Source: a virus
Lineage: Duplodnaviria; Caudoviricetes
Length of the DNA stretch: 50,477 bases
IMG/VR virus record: IMGVR_UViG_3300037458_000621
Location: 1 to 50,477 of that record
Reading direction: 5' to 3' (one strand)
The position numbers were made by a program, and so were the translations under genes. The notes below the pieces were generated by a model, which was given only the letters and a program-made list of their open reading frames with translations, was not told the DNA's origin and did not search any database. Position 1 is the stretch's first letter; every line of letters begins with the position of its first letter. Below, piece by piece: positions 33,201 through 42,480 of this stretch.

Positions 33201-36200
33201 TTCTGCAAGGCTGCGCAACTTCTCCTGCACGAATTCGCTCTGTGTGTTGAGCGGCCGATTCCAGTCAAGCAGTTGCTCTTGCGGGATGTTGACGGTGACT
33301 TCGTAGGTGGGAGCCTTCGTGCTGAAAACCGGCAACGTCGTCTTGGCCTCATCGAGACGGCGATGCAGCTCGCGCCCTTCGTCCGTAGCCTTGTCGATGA
33401 GGTCCTGCAAACGCTCGGGCTTGCTCGCAAGGCGGTCTTCTTCGCGGAGTTTTTCCTGAGCGTAGGGCAGCGCGTCGTCGCGGATGTGGTTGAGGTTGTA
33501 CGGCTTCCCTTCAGGGCTTATCTTGTCAACGAGCATCTTCTTCAGCGCGGCGATGCGGTCGACCCGGCTCTTACGGAGAGCGTTGAGAGCGTCTTGTGCT
33601 TCTTCTTGCGTATCGAAATAGTCGACACGCCCGCCAACCTGAACACGCCACGCCCCGCCGACATCACGCTCTTGCATGAGGTCTATGAGATGTTCTGAAT
33701 TCTCATTCAGTGCCTCGCGGAGCTGCCGCATCTCCGCAGTCGGTGCCCCCTCGCGCTCAGCTTTCGCTGTGAACTGCTTCTTGTAACCCTTGTGCGTACC
33801 CTCAGCCGTCGATAGGTACGTCCCCGCTCCGAATGCAGCGTTGCCTTCGCCCTTGCCCTGATGCGCGCGCCAGTCGAACTTACCCTCATGGCGAATGGGC
33901 GAGTCGTGCGTGGCGGGGAATCCCTCGTATTGGTTCTCAGCATGGAGCTGGAACCCCATCAAGCTGTACCGCTTCGTCTGCAGCCCGTACGCCACGTCAG
34001 GGTTCTGCACCAGCTCGCCCAGGCGGGTGTTGGCTGCGTCGATGGCCGCTTGAGTGTTCGCGTCGACCTTGCCCGTGTTCAGCGCTGCAGCGGCACGCTG
34101 CAGCCCCGCAGCGTCGTTGCTCGACGCCAGGGTCTTCAGCAGAGCGGCATCACCAGAGCGGGCTTTCTCCAGGAGTGCCGCCTTCTTGGCGGCTACGACT
34201 TTTGGGCTTGGGGGTACCTCCGCTTCCAGCCTAGCTACCTCGGCCGCCCATTTGTCCCGCTCGTCTTCGACTTGGTCTTGCTCCAACGAATCGTGGCCGT
34301 CCTTGACCGCACGTTCCCAGGACGCGAGTTCCTCACGAGCCTGTGACAGCCGTTGCTGAGGGCTCCTCGGCGGGAATGCTTTCGGCGCAGCGCGCAGCGG
34401 AGGCGTTTCCGCCGCGTCGGCCTTGTCCATGATGTACTGGCCGACGAGATTGAACCGCGCCGCAGGAACTCCTGCGGGCGGCTCGGCCAGCCCTTCGACG
34501 TACTCTGCCAGTCCGTTCAGTTGCTGAGGCGTGAGCTTGTCGATTGTCTTGACAATGTCGAGCTGCCGCTCCATCTTCAGCAGCTTGGTCAGCCACGCCC
34601 TTTGCTTGTCCGTTTGAGCGCTGGCTCCCCCCGGCTGCTCCCTCGCGTCCTCGTACTCATCCGCAAGAGCCTTGCGCTGAGCGGCTTCACCGGGCATGTC
34701 GAACGGCGCAGCGGGCGCAGCGCTCTTGTAGAACGACTTCGGGTCGATCGTGGCGTCCGGGCCGTACATGCTGTCCAGCGTGGCCAGGGCCTTGCGCTGC
34801 ACGGCCGGCAGCCGCAGGTCCGCAGCGCGCCGCTTGGTGTCCTCAGCCTTCAGCGCGGCGTAGCGCTTCTCGGCTGCCTGCAGGAAGCGGTCGACATCTG
34901 CGCCGGTTTTCAGGCGCCTGAAGTCCTTACCGGCCAGCATGGCATCGAGGTTGGGCGCGCTGGTGAGCACGTCCTTGGGTGCAGCTCTCTTCACGCCCAA
35001 CAGGCTCGGGGCGCGGACGCCCTCAACTCGCGGCTCGCCGCTGTCGGTGTAGATAGGCGAGCCTTCATCGTCACCGCGCAGAGCGTCGTGCGTAGGCCCG
35101 AACGGGTCGAGTTCCTTGCGGCCAGACCCTAGCTGAGAGTCCTGGTGCTTCAGCAGCTCTTCCACTTCGCGGCGCATAGCCTGCGCTCGTACGCGGTCAG
35201 CCGGCGTAGCTTTGCCGTCCGCCATCTTCTCGTTGAGCACAGACAGGTCGCCTAGCAGCTCATTCACGCGCTGCTGCCGTACGGTGGGCGTACTGGAAAC
35301 CTCAGAGTCGCCCAGGCGGTCGGGGATGACCTCACCCGTCTTCATGTTCTCACTGCCCTTGCGGGAGTGCGTCAGGCGGCGGCTCAGTCCGCGTTCAACA
35401 TCGCCCTCGAAGCCCGTCTCGTCATTCCCTTGAGTACGGTTGTCGTCAGCGGTCAGCTCACGGTTCTTGGTGAAGTCGCGTTCATCGGCGATCCGCCCGG
35501 CTTCTTTCAGGATCTTCTTGCGCTGGACGTTGTCTGCATCGCGGAAAGCCTTGCGCAGTACGGTCAGCCTCTCACTGTCACTGTCGTAGGTCTTGTCCTC
35601 CTTGGTGCGCACGTCGTACTTGCGAGCGTCGCCGAACGTGATGTCTTTGCCGCCCAGGCGACCGATGACGGTGCTGTCAGGCACAGGGAAGCTGTAGCCC
35701 AGGTGTTCCTGCGCTGCCGCCACACCCTCAATGAACATGCGGCCCATGCGCAGTACGCGGCTCTTCTCGTCGTTGCCGACGTACTCGTCCTTGAAGCGAG
35801 CCTGCATGAAGCGCTGCACACGCATGCCGTCGAGGATCGGGCCGCCTTCGCCGGTATTCAGACGGCTTTTGCTCTTGCCGTACTGGTGAGTGTCGAGCCG
35901 CATCTTGTCCAGCTCGTCGGGCGAGATGCTTTGCGGGCTATCGCTCACTTCGACCGACAGCACGACGTGCTCTTGCAGCGCATCCTCCGCCATGGCGGCA
36001 ACGTCGACATTGTTCAGCCCCTTGATCCGCACGGCGTCGTACACGTCGCGTTCGAACGCCGACTCGAACTTCATCTTGTCAGTTGGCGGGAGCTGGAGAT
36101 GCCCAGTGGCTTCATCGTTGATGCCGAGCCTCGTGCGCTTCAGCATGTCCTCGCCGCGTTTGATCAGCGACTCACGCGTGATCTGCACGATGGGGTGATC

Positions 36201-38399
36201 AGCGCCAAGCTCGTCCACGCTCAGTTCGCGTGCGTCGGCCTTGCCTCCCTCCTTGAGCTTGGCCTTGCGCTGCTCAACGGCGGGTTGATGGAACTTGCTC
36301 GGTGACCCGTAGCCGGCGCGCTCGTACATCAGCCCGCCTTTGGCTGTGTGGAGCTGCAGCTTCTGTCCTGACAGCTCGATCTCCTTGTCCTGGCCGTGCC
36401 CGCCTTGCGTGCCGATGACGTTGCCGTCTTCGTCCAACTTCAGCCGTGCGCGCTCGATCTGGTTCTCTCGCTCCGGCAGGTCCGCCTCGATCAGCCCCAT
36501 CACCGCCTCGGGGTTCTCGTAGCGCACGGCCAGCGCCTCGCGTGTCTTGCGGTCGCGGTAGGCGAACTCAGGATCGTCGGGCTTCTTGCGGCCCTCCGTC
36601 GCCCACGCCCGCAGCGTCTGAGCCTCCAGGCCCAACTCAGCGTCGTCGACGATCTTCTGGAACTGCGGCTTGAGCTGCGCGCGGAGCCCACTGACGACGC
36701 CGGTATGGCCCTTCGCCGCCTCGTCGAAGGCGCCCAGCCCTTCGAAAAATTTTGCAGACTTCGCCTTGTCGCCCACGGCGCGGTAGCCCGCCTCGATCAT
36801 GTCCGTGGTCTTGGGGCCCAGGATGTCGATCATCTCAGCGACGGTGTCGCTGTCCAGGCGGTCGCCAGCGGTCAGGGTCTTGAGCATCTTGCGGACGGCG
36901 CGGCCGGCGTCGAGCAGGTCTTCCTGCCCGGCGTTCGTGAACAGCTCGGGGCGCGATTCCTGCAGGAGCGAGGTGATCTCGCCGAGCACTGCCGCATCCG
37001 CCGCGCTGTAGTCCTCGGACTTCTTAACGCGGCTCAGGATCGCGCCTGCGGCATCGGCGGGGTCCATAGCGTTCAGGTCCGCTGCCTTGAGGCCCCCGGC
37101 CTTGGTCTTCAGCTCGTCCGCGCGCTCCTCGACCTTGTTGGCGAACGCCTTGAGCCGGTCGCGCAGCCCTTGCGCCCCGTCCCTGGCCCGCTTCAGGCCG
37201 GCCACGGCCGCCTGCTTGAGGTGGTTCCCGGGGTCTGCCACCCACTCGTCCAGCACCGCCTTGTTCTCAGGGCTGAGGTTCTTGGTGGTCAGCTCGTCGT
37301 AGTAGCTCCTGACCGCCTTGGCGCGCTCGCCGTCGTCGCCGGCCAGCATGTCCTTGAGCTTGTCGCCCGTGGCGCCGGCGAACGCCTGCGCGTCGCCGAT
37401 GATGTCCTCGCTGTCGGCGATCTTCCGCAGGGTGTCCTTGGCCTTGGTCGTGCCCTCGCTCCAGCGGGTGCCCAGGTCGTCGAAGAAGCCGTAGCCCTTC
37501 AGCTTCTCTTGAGCGGTGCCCGCCGCCTCTTTGGCACCCTTCAGCTTGTCCTTGGCGCTGCCCAGGAGCCCCGTGGCGGCGTCCTTCGCCCCCTGGAGGC
37601 CCTTGGACACGTCCCCGGCCCGCGAATGGGCGTACTCGCCCGCCACGCCCAGGCCGCCCATGGCCGTGCCGCCCACGACGCCGGCCGCCGTGTTGTCGAC
37701 GATCTGGCCCCAGTCCAGGTCCTGGCCGAGCCCGGCCTGCTTCAGCGCCTCCGCGCCGCCCTCGCTGCCGCCCTCCAGGCCGGCGCTGGTGGCCAGCGAG
37801 CCCCCGGCCTGCCGGAGAGTCATGGGGCCGGCGCGCAGCGCCTGCCCCGCCAGCTTGGCGCCCACCAGACCCGGCACGATGGACTGGCCGGCCGCGGAGA
37901 GCGTGCCCAGGCCCAGGGCCTTGCCCGTGTCGACCGGCTGGCCCAGCGCCCGCATGCGGCTCACCACGTCGCCCGTCTCGGGCAGGGCGTAGGCAGCCGT
38001 GCCGGCCGCCAGCGCGCCGCCCAGGCCGCCCAGGCCGACCACTGGCGCGGCCAGACCCGCACCGATGCCCAGCGCGGCGCTCGGAACGACGTTGCCCGCC
38101 ACGCCGGCGCCCCAGTCGACCAGATCGCGCCCGAAGCCCTGCCCGCCCGGCGCACCGATGTCGCGGATCGACGTGACGCGCGGGGCTGCAGCCGCAGCCT
38201 GCTGGCTCAGGTCGTCGGCTGTGGCATAGGCCCGTTGACTGAACTCGGGCGCACCCAGGCTGTCAGCAATGGCGCCCGCCGCGCTGCTGAAGCCAGCACC
38301 CAGGCCCAGGGCGCCGGAGCGCATGCCCTTGGAGAATTCGCCGGGCTGCGGGGGCGGCGGGTGGTCCTTGAACCAGTCGACCTTGTCGAAGATGCTCAC
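30225..38399 (-). CDS. giant internal virion/ejection polyvalent protein (2724 aa)
   Basis: Gly/Ala hydrophobic N-terminus; ART-PolyVal-like motifs (THDSP...F...GKGEGNAAFGAGTYL...YEV...LLDW...NYVIYD); HESLH zincin motif; helical C-terminal region. Confidence 0.8.
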   Translation of the reverse strand: MSIFDKVDWFKDHPPPPQPGEFSKGMRSGALGLGAGFSSAAGAIADSLGAPEFSQRAYATADDLSQQAAAAAPRVTSIRDIGAPGGQGFGRDLVDWGAGVAGNVVPSAALGIGAGLAAPVVGLGGLGGALAAGTAAYALPETGDVVSRMRALGQPVDTGKALGLGTLSAAGQSIVPGLVGAKLAGQALRAGPMTLRQAGGSLATSAGLEGGSEGGAEALKQAGLGQDLDWGQIVDNTAAGVVGGTAMGGLGVAGEYAHSRAGDVSKGLQGAKDAATGLLGSAKDKLKGAKEAAGTAQEKLKGYGFFDDLGTRWSEGTTKAKDTLRKIADSEDIIGDAQAFAGATGDKLKDMLAGDDGERAKAVRSYYDELTTKNLSPENKAVLDEWVADPGNHLKQAAVAGLKRARDGAQGLRDRLKAFANKVEERADELKTKAGGLKAADLNAMDPADAAGAILSRVKKSEDYSAADAAVLGEITSLLQESRPELFTNAGQEDLLDAGRAVRKMLKTLTAGDRLDSDTVAEMIDILGPKTTDMIEAGYRAVGDKAKSAKFFEGLGAFDEAAKGHTGVVSGLRAQLKPQFQKIVDDAELGLEAQTLRAWATEGRKKPDDPEFAYRDRKTREALAVRYENPEAVMGLIEADLPERENQIERARLKLDEDGNVIGTQGGHGQDKEIELSGQKLQLHTAKGGLMYERAGYGSPSKFHQPAVEQRKAKLKEGGKADARELSVDELGADHPIVQITRESLIKRGEDMLKRTRLGINDEATGHLQLPPTDKMKFESAFERDVYDAVRIKGLNNVDVAAMAEDALQEHVVLSVEVSDSPQSISPDELDKMRLDTHQYGKSKSRLNTGEGGPILDGMRVQRFMQARFKDEYVGNDEKSRVLRMGRMFIEGVAAAQEHLGYSFPVPDSTVIGRLGGKDITFGDARKYDVRTKEDKTYDSDSERLTVLRKAFRDADNVQRKKILKEAGRIADERDFTKNRELTADDNRTQGNDETGFEGDVERGLSRRLTHSRKGSENMKTGEVIPDRLGDSEVSSTPTVRQQRVNELLGDLSVLNEKMADGKATPADRVRAQAMRREVEELLKHQDSQLGSGRKELDPFGPTHDALRGDDEGSPIYTDSGEPRVEGVRAPSLLGVKRAAPKDVLTSAPNLDAMLAGKDFRRLKTGADVDRFLQAAEKRYAALKAEDTKRRAADLRLPAVQRKALATLDSMYGPDATIDPKSFYKSAAPAAPFDMPGEAAQRKALADEYEDAREQPGGASAQTDKQRAWLTKLLKMERQLDIVKTIDKLTPQQLNGLAEYVEGLAEPPAGVPAARFNLVGQYIMDKADAAETPPLRAAPKAFPPRSPQQRLSQAREELASWERAVKDGHDSLEQDQVEDERDKWAAEVARLEAEVPPSPKVVAAKKAALLEKARSGDAALLKTLASSNDAAGLQRAAAALNTGKVDANTQAAIDAANTRLGELVQNPDVAYGLQTKRYSLMGFQLHAENQYEGFPATHDSPIRHEGKFDWRAHQGKGEGNAAFGAGTYLSTAEGTHKGYKKQFTAKAEREGAPTAEMRQLREALNENSEHLIDLMQERDVGGAWRVQVGGRVDYFDTQEEAQDALNALRKSRVDRIAALKKMLVDKISPEGKPYNLNHIRDDALPYAQEKLREEDRLASKPERLQDLIDKATDEGRELHRRLDEAKTTLPVFSTKAPTYEVTVNIPQEQLLDWNRPLNTQSEFVQEKLRSLAEPVGEPKPFEWVEKPALSTSIFDGAPQASFLYGGERYEVSTNSIGRTFIFKDGKSIGSVDGQWGGNLREIREYMQSGGKKGEYVRAVEQRYTGEEFYKLMTKKLGSQAAASDFLQSLGILGNIHDAQFGNEKRFRNYVIYDDSKIETKYVHFDKTRTAPSATGPVDRRATEEYLRRVAPWVLVEWKNFLHAGEFEPSVTDAQGMVNDVIRLSVHSLNPLNPAYHESLHAFFERLRDLKQGQVMDVLEKAGSSAAVMNQLRRLLANEPAALAQLSNPEERAAYMYQFWASKQLTVGPAAQNVFERIAAFIRSVLGIWSNDQRALHIMEYFHSGEFATDAQGRAPSDVVSKKLMEVGRNAALEKARRMTEPLLNMGESLMVAGGQRLRDTGIPALRQLADAMKLHGTNEGEDPGFIPAQRAEFAQRMNALAAKLKGVSEAQLLAATESLQTKSNAPIDALATHEQRQAARKAKLAMREHLDNMLDYMRTKGIKVKDMGYGSDYFPRIYDTAYISAHQAEFKAVLAAHGVDADPTLQTIITNEGNEFAVTDKPGMQHLKPRKLAHIPDAELAPFMVKNGLEIMSSYTMQATRRGEWTKRFGDNSQRIMALLVEAEREGATPEQLKAAQNFVRAVDGTLGDTINPEARRLMGNMIVYQNIRLLPLAIFSSVVDPMGVMVRGGTLSESFNTFRRGVREVVKNFKKNATDDDMTRLAEEIGTIDSAMLTQTLSALYLQGMAGSTAKKINDTFFKYNLMEQWTRSSRVGATEAAIGFLTRHATGKKSPHSARWLNELGLQPGDVRLNAQGRAMITQADGLTPAEAGRMKAAVNRWVDGAVLRPDATDKPIWMSDPHWALVAHLKQFVFSFQETILKRVTHEFDHGNYVPAMALSSYVPIMIASDLVKGLIQGGGEQPEWKSGWSLWDYFTNGVARAGLNGTGQFLDDAIGGNVGALTGPTAEQLWGAVQVIGGNAQFDRFALKSMPANALYREAFDGGE

Positions 38400-40195
38400 T
38401 TCTTCTCTTCCTTCTGGATAAGCCCAGCGAAGCGGTTGGACGGCTTGCCGAAATACTGCAGGCCGAATAGCGAGCCTTCCTTCTCGACGTACCGTGCGGG
38501 GATGATTTCCTGCTCCTTGTTCGGCCCGAGGCGATTAGTCACGTAGTCGCCGTTGGGCAGTTTCTTCAGGCTCATGATCGGCTCGTTGGATGCGATTGCT
38601 GCGGTGCCCCAAGGCGTGATGCCGTTGGTAGCCGTGCCACTGGCGATGTCAGCGAGCTGCATGCCCATGATCAACCGGCTCTTATCAGTATCGTCCAGGT
38701 CAGCCATCGTCTTGCCCATGCGTCCCACAAGGGTCTGCGCGGCTACTGCGTAGCGTGCGGCGGTTCGTTGATCAGGCACTTGTTTGCCGTCTTCATTCAC
38801 GGGCGGCAACCAGTTGGCAATCTGATCAGTCAGATTCTTGGTTGCTTGCTGCTGCTGAGTGAACTTGGCATCACTGCGTCCGGCGTCGTAAGTTGCCTGC
38901 CAGTTGTCCTGTTCGCGCTGCGACCTCATTCCTGCGAGGCGATTGGCTGCCTGCTTGGCGCTGAATTCCAGGTCCTGCCCGCGACGGTCAGTGATGTCCC
39001 GCATCAGGGCCTGCGATCCAACGAGGTCCTGTCCGCGACGGATGGTGGCGTTCTGCATCTCAGCTTCGCGGATACGCCCTGCTGCTTCTTGAGCAGAGAT
39101 GTCTCCGCGCTGCTGTCGTGCGGCAATGTCCTCAGCCATCTTGACCACGGGCAGCTTCGTCACTCCGCGCTCGTATTCCTGCCGCAAGCGGTTCACGTCG
39201 CGATTGCGGCTCACTTCGTTGGCGTACGCGAGCGTGCCCTGGTTTGCGGCAGCGGCTGCTGCGACCTCGGCGTCGTACTGGCTGAGAGCGGGATTACGCT
39301 GCGCCTGCTCGCCCATTCCCGTTCCCAGTACCGACACGCCAAAGCCGTTGCTCTTGCGCACGGAGCCATCAGGGTTGACGATGTCCGCACCGAACTTCAC
39401 GTCCGTACCGCTGTAGCTGTTGCCGTCACGAACGATGTCGCCGGGCTTAGGTCCGCTGCGGATGGTCATGGGCTGCCTGCGGCCTTCGTTGCCGTAGTTT
39501 TCGTCGATAGTGGGCTGGGTTTGGAGCTGGGCCGGAGCAGTGCCAGGAACTACTGAAGGGGGCACTACAAACCCTCGGCCGCCAAGAACTTCCTCACGCG
39601 ATCCGGAGTTGTCGATCAGTTGATCCCCGAACTGATTGCGCAGCATTGTGTTGTAGGCGCGAGAAACGGGTTCTTTGCCGGGCACGAGATAGTCGAGTGT
39701 CTTGGCCGCGGTGCTGCCGAGATCCATGCCCGTTTCCAGCATGCCTTTGCTCAGACTCCGGCCTGCTCCGGAGTAGTTGCCCTCTCGCAAAGCGCGAAAA
39801 GTTCCAGCCGCGGACGAGTCGACCTCAGGATCATTGATCTTGTAGTCGTTGAAGTTCGAGATCGTATCGACGCCCGCTGCTGCAGGGGCGATCTTGCCCA
39901 GCACGCGAAGAGTCTTCCCGGCTACTTTTCCAGCTCGTTCCAATGCACCGGGCTTCGGCATTTCCACGTCGAATGCTTGACGCGGACCTGTAGATTCGGG
40001 GATGGTCCAATTCGGCTGATATGGACGAGTAGCTACTGCCGTTGAGGGCCCAGGAGGTGGCGTCGGCTGTCCATACCTCCAATTCGGTTCATACGGACGA
40101 GTGGCTACTGCAGTGCGCATCCCTTGCGGTGCGGCAGCTTTCTTCGCCGCACGCATCTCGTCCAGCGCGGCCTGTTGTTCAGGGGTACGGGCCAT
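38396..40195 (-). CDS. putative internal virion (ejection) protein
   Basis: 599 aa; Q/A/R-rich RRGQDL repeats; ATGA/GTGA-type coupling to the giant gene. Confidence 0.6.
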   Translation of the reverse strand: MARTPEQQAALDEMRAAKKAAAPQGMRTAVATRPYEPNWRYGQPTPPPGPSTAVATRPYQPNWTIPESTGPRQAFDVEMPKPGALERAGKVAGKTLRVLGKIAPAAAGVDTISNFNDYKINDPEVDSSAAGTFRALREGNYSGAGRSLSKGMLETGMDLGSTAAKTLDYLVPGKEPVSRAYNTMLRNQFGDQLIDNSGSREEVLGGRGFVVPPSVVPGTAPAQLQTQPTIDENYGNEGRRQPMTIRSGPKPGDIVRDGNSYSGTDVKFGADIVNPDGSVRKSNGFGVSVLGTGMGEQAQRNPALSQYDAEVAAAAAANQGTLAYANEVSRNRDVNRLRQEYERGVTKLPVVKMAEDIAARQQRGDISAQEAAGRIREAEMQNATIRRGQDLVGSQALMRDITDRRGQDLEFSAKQAANRLAGMRSQREQDNWQATYDAGRSDAKFTQQQQATKNLTDQIANWLPPVNEDGKQVPDQRTAARYAVAAQTLVGRMGKTMADLDDTDKSRLIMGMQLADIASGTATNGITPWGTAAIASNEPIMSLKKLPNGDYVTNRLGPNKEQEIIPARYVEKEGSLFGLQYFGKPSNRFAGLIQKEEKK

Positions 40196-40207
40196 GTCAG
40201 TTCTCCG

Positions 40208-42052
40208 TCAGGTGTAGGTCGGAGCAGCGCGGGTATCGGAAGTGTCGCCGCTGTAGTTGAAGTTAGTGTTGGTACTGTCGCGCCCATCGATGCTGGCGTT
40301 CGCCTGGATCGTACCGTAGGCCGAAGCAGCCAGTTGCGAGTTCACCTGTGCCGCGACCTTCGAAGCATCGGCGACCAGCGCCTGTAGCGCGAAGTAGTTG
40401 GAGCTGATGAGCTGTGCTTGCTGTGCGGCTACGACCTTGTTTGCTTCGTACAGCTTGATTTCAGCCTCATACCGTGCGAGCTGCAGTTGGTTGTTCGAAG
40501 TTACAGCCGCCAACTCAGTCTTGGCGTGATCACTCTTCAGCCCCTCAATGCTGACTTGCGTACGAGTCTGCTCCGTCGCTGCAGCGACTTTTGCCGCATA
40601 CGCCTGCACCTTGGCAGTGAACGCGCGGACCTCAGCCTCGTAGGCTTCTGCCCGTGTCTTCGACGAGTCGCTCAACGTCCGCATGCGCGTCGCATACGTT
40701 TCCACGCTTGTCTTATATGTGTCAGCACGGATCTGATTAGTCTGCGTGAGTGCCTTGAACGCCTCCACTCGCGCGGACTCAGCATTGATGCCGGCGGTGT
40801 AAGCCCGTACACGCTCTCCAAACATCTGTAGCCTGACGTTGTCCAAATCGAGTAATGTCTTGGCAGCGCCCAACCTCTCGCGGTACAGAGCAATTTCGGT
40901 ATTTCGCAGATCGATCTGCAGTTTCTGCTGATCAACCAGCGCCCGGTTGATCTCTACCTTCGCACGTTCTCCGCCAACTTCAGCCGAGTAAGCATCAACT
41001 TTGGCGCGTTCTGCGTCGATCAATGCTCGGTACACAGTCACGGCGGCACTGAATTTTTCCAGGTTCGCGCGATACTCCGCAACCAGTGAGTTGTAGATCT
41101 GAACAGCATTTTCCGCTAGGTACTTAGCAGCGTCGAATGCACGGCCCATCATTGCGTTGGTATAGTCGATCAGCCGGGATTCAAGCTGAACGCCTTGTTC
41201 AATGGCATGCCTAACATTGGCCTGCTCCAGTTCTGCTTGCTTGATCGCAATGTCTGTCGACAATTCGGCATACTTCCCGAGCGCTGTTTTCTGCGCTTCG
41301 CGGAGCTGCGCGGCCATGGCTCCGGACGGCAACGAAAAACCGCTCGTTTCCGCGTTGCGCATAACCTCAGCGACATTGGCAGCGGACACCGCCGCTTCGC
41401 GACTCCGCGCCCTTGCCCAGATCTGCGCCTCGACTTCGGGGCGAATACCCGTACCCCCAGCTTCCAGCCTGCGGGTCAACTCGCTCCGTATTGCCCCCAT
41501 GAACGATGAGCTATAGGCCTGCTCGGCCGGCGCAGCAAACGGGGCTGGGCTCGTCAGGGCCAGATCTGACGGCAATGTGCTCACTTCCGCAGCAAGTTCT
41601 GGGTAAGTTTCCACGCCCTCAAACGGCCTGATGGCGACACTGAGCAAAACTGGACTTTCAGGCGGCTCCCAATCACCCGGGTCTGCTGGCAGTGTAAGGT
41701 CGGCGATGGCCGGTGGTTCTGGCACATCTCCAGTGTCGTTCGCTGTGAATAGATAAGTGGGCAGCGCAGGTTCACTCGGCGCGGACTCAAGAGCGAAGAC
41801 AACGTCGGGCGCATCAGGAGCATCACCAGTATTGTCGGCCGGGAACTGAGTGGCGGGGTAGTTCAGCGCTGAGACAGGGGGCGTAAATACGAGCGGTGCT
41901 GCCGGCCAGCTCATGTCGAAATTGAACCGCGGCGCGTCCAGATTGCCGACTGTCGTGTTCAGTGCAGCTACGAACGCCTGCGCTTGCGCCGCCGCGTTGG
42001 CGGCGTATGCCCCCGCTGTAGTGAACTGTGCCTCTACCTGTGTATACGCCAT
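40208..42052 (-). CDS. putative internal virion protein, long coiled coil
   Basis: 614 aa; Pro-rich N-terminal part then extended Ala/Glu/Gln helices. Confidence 0.6.
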   Translation of the reverse strand: MAYTQVEAQFTTAGAYAANAAAQAQAFVAALNTTVGNLDAPRFNFDMSWPAAPLVFTPPVSALNYPATQFPADNTGDAPDAPDVVFALESAPSEPALPTYLFTANDTGDVPEPPAIADLTLPADPGDWEPPESPVLLSVAIRPFEGVETYPELAAEVSTLPSDLALTSPAPFAAPAEQAYSSSFMGAIRSELTRRLEAGGTGIRPEVEAQIWARARSREAAVSAANVAEVMRNAETSGFSLPSGAMAAQLREAQKTALGKYAELSTDIAIKQAELEQANVRHAIEQGVQLESRLIDYTNAMMGRAFDAAKYLAENAVQIYNSLVAEYRANLEKFSAAVTVYRALIDAERAKVDAYSAEVGGERAKVEINRALVDQQKLQIDLRNTEIALYRERLGAAKTLLDLDNVRLQMFGERVRAYTAGINAESARVEAFKALTQTNQIRADTYKTSVETYATRMRTLSDSSKTRAEAYEAEVRAFTAKVQAYAAKVAAATEQTRTQVSIEGLKSDHAKTELAAVTSNNQLQLARYEAEIKLYEANKVVAAQQAQLISSNYFALQALVADASKVAAQVNSQLAASAYGTIQANASIDGRDSTNTNFNYSGDTSDTRAAPTYT

Positions 42053-42480
42053 TACAGCCTCCGCTGCTTAGAGATCATGCGCTCATCTTCCATTGCGTTA
42101 ATGACGACGGGAAGAGAACTGGTTAAGGTCAGAACCATAGTTAACCAATTATCGCGCGTTCCGCGGCCAAGTTCAAAACGGCCCACGTCATTATGCACCA
42201 TGTTCATCTGGTACTCATAGGACGTGCCTCGGCTGTCTGACACCCTCATCTTGCCCTGTGTAGGGCGGTTCAGGTTCGTCGCATGCAGGTAGAGGTACCG
42301 CGGATGCTGTTTCGAGTTGCTCTCGTTCCAGCTCCAGGCCAGCGCGGCCGCCACTGTCTCAGTTCCAGTTTGAGCGTAGACCCCAGTACTGTCAGTTTCG
42401 AACTCTCCGTTGAGGCCGGTGACCGATGCGTCGAACTCAGTAACCGCCAGAGTTGCAAGGCTGAACACGGTCGTAGTCAT
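42052..42480 (-). CDS. putative virion structural protein
   Basis: 142 aa, coupled to neighbours; ELGRG.R..W motif. Confidence 0.6.
   Translation of the reverse strand: MTTTVFSLATLAVTEFDASVTGLNGEFETDSTGVYAQTGTETVAAALAWSWNESNSKQHPRYLYLHATNLNRPTQGKMRVSDSRGTSYEYQMNMVHNDVGRFELGRGTRDNWLTMVLTLTSSLPVVINAMEDERMISKQRRL

Noticed and set aside
30225-38399. N4-like virion RNA polymerase
   Set aside because: Size is suggestive, but there is no correctly spaced Rx3Kx7YG or DxxG motif; motifs fit polyvalent ART/zincin domains
36396-38546. 716-aa + strand ORF and other long antisense ORFs (31518-32528, 35367-36305, 3370-4275)
   Set aside because: Shadow frames of GC3-rich genes on the opposite strand; no SD or recognisable motifs
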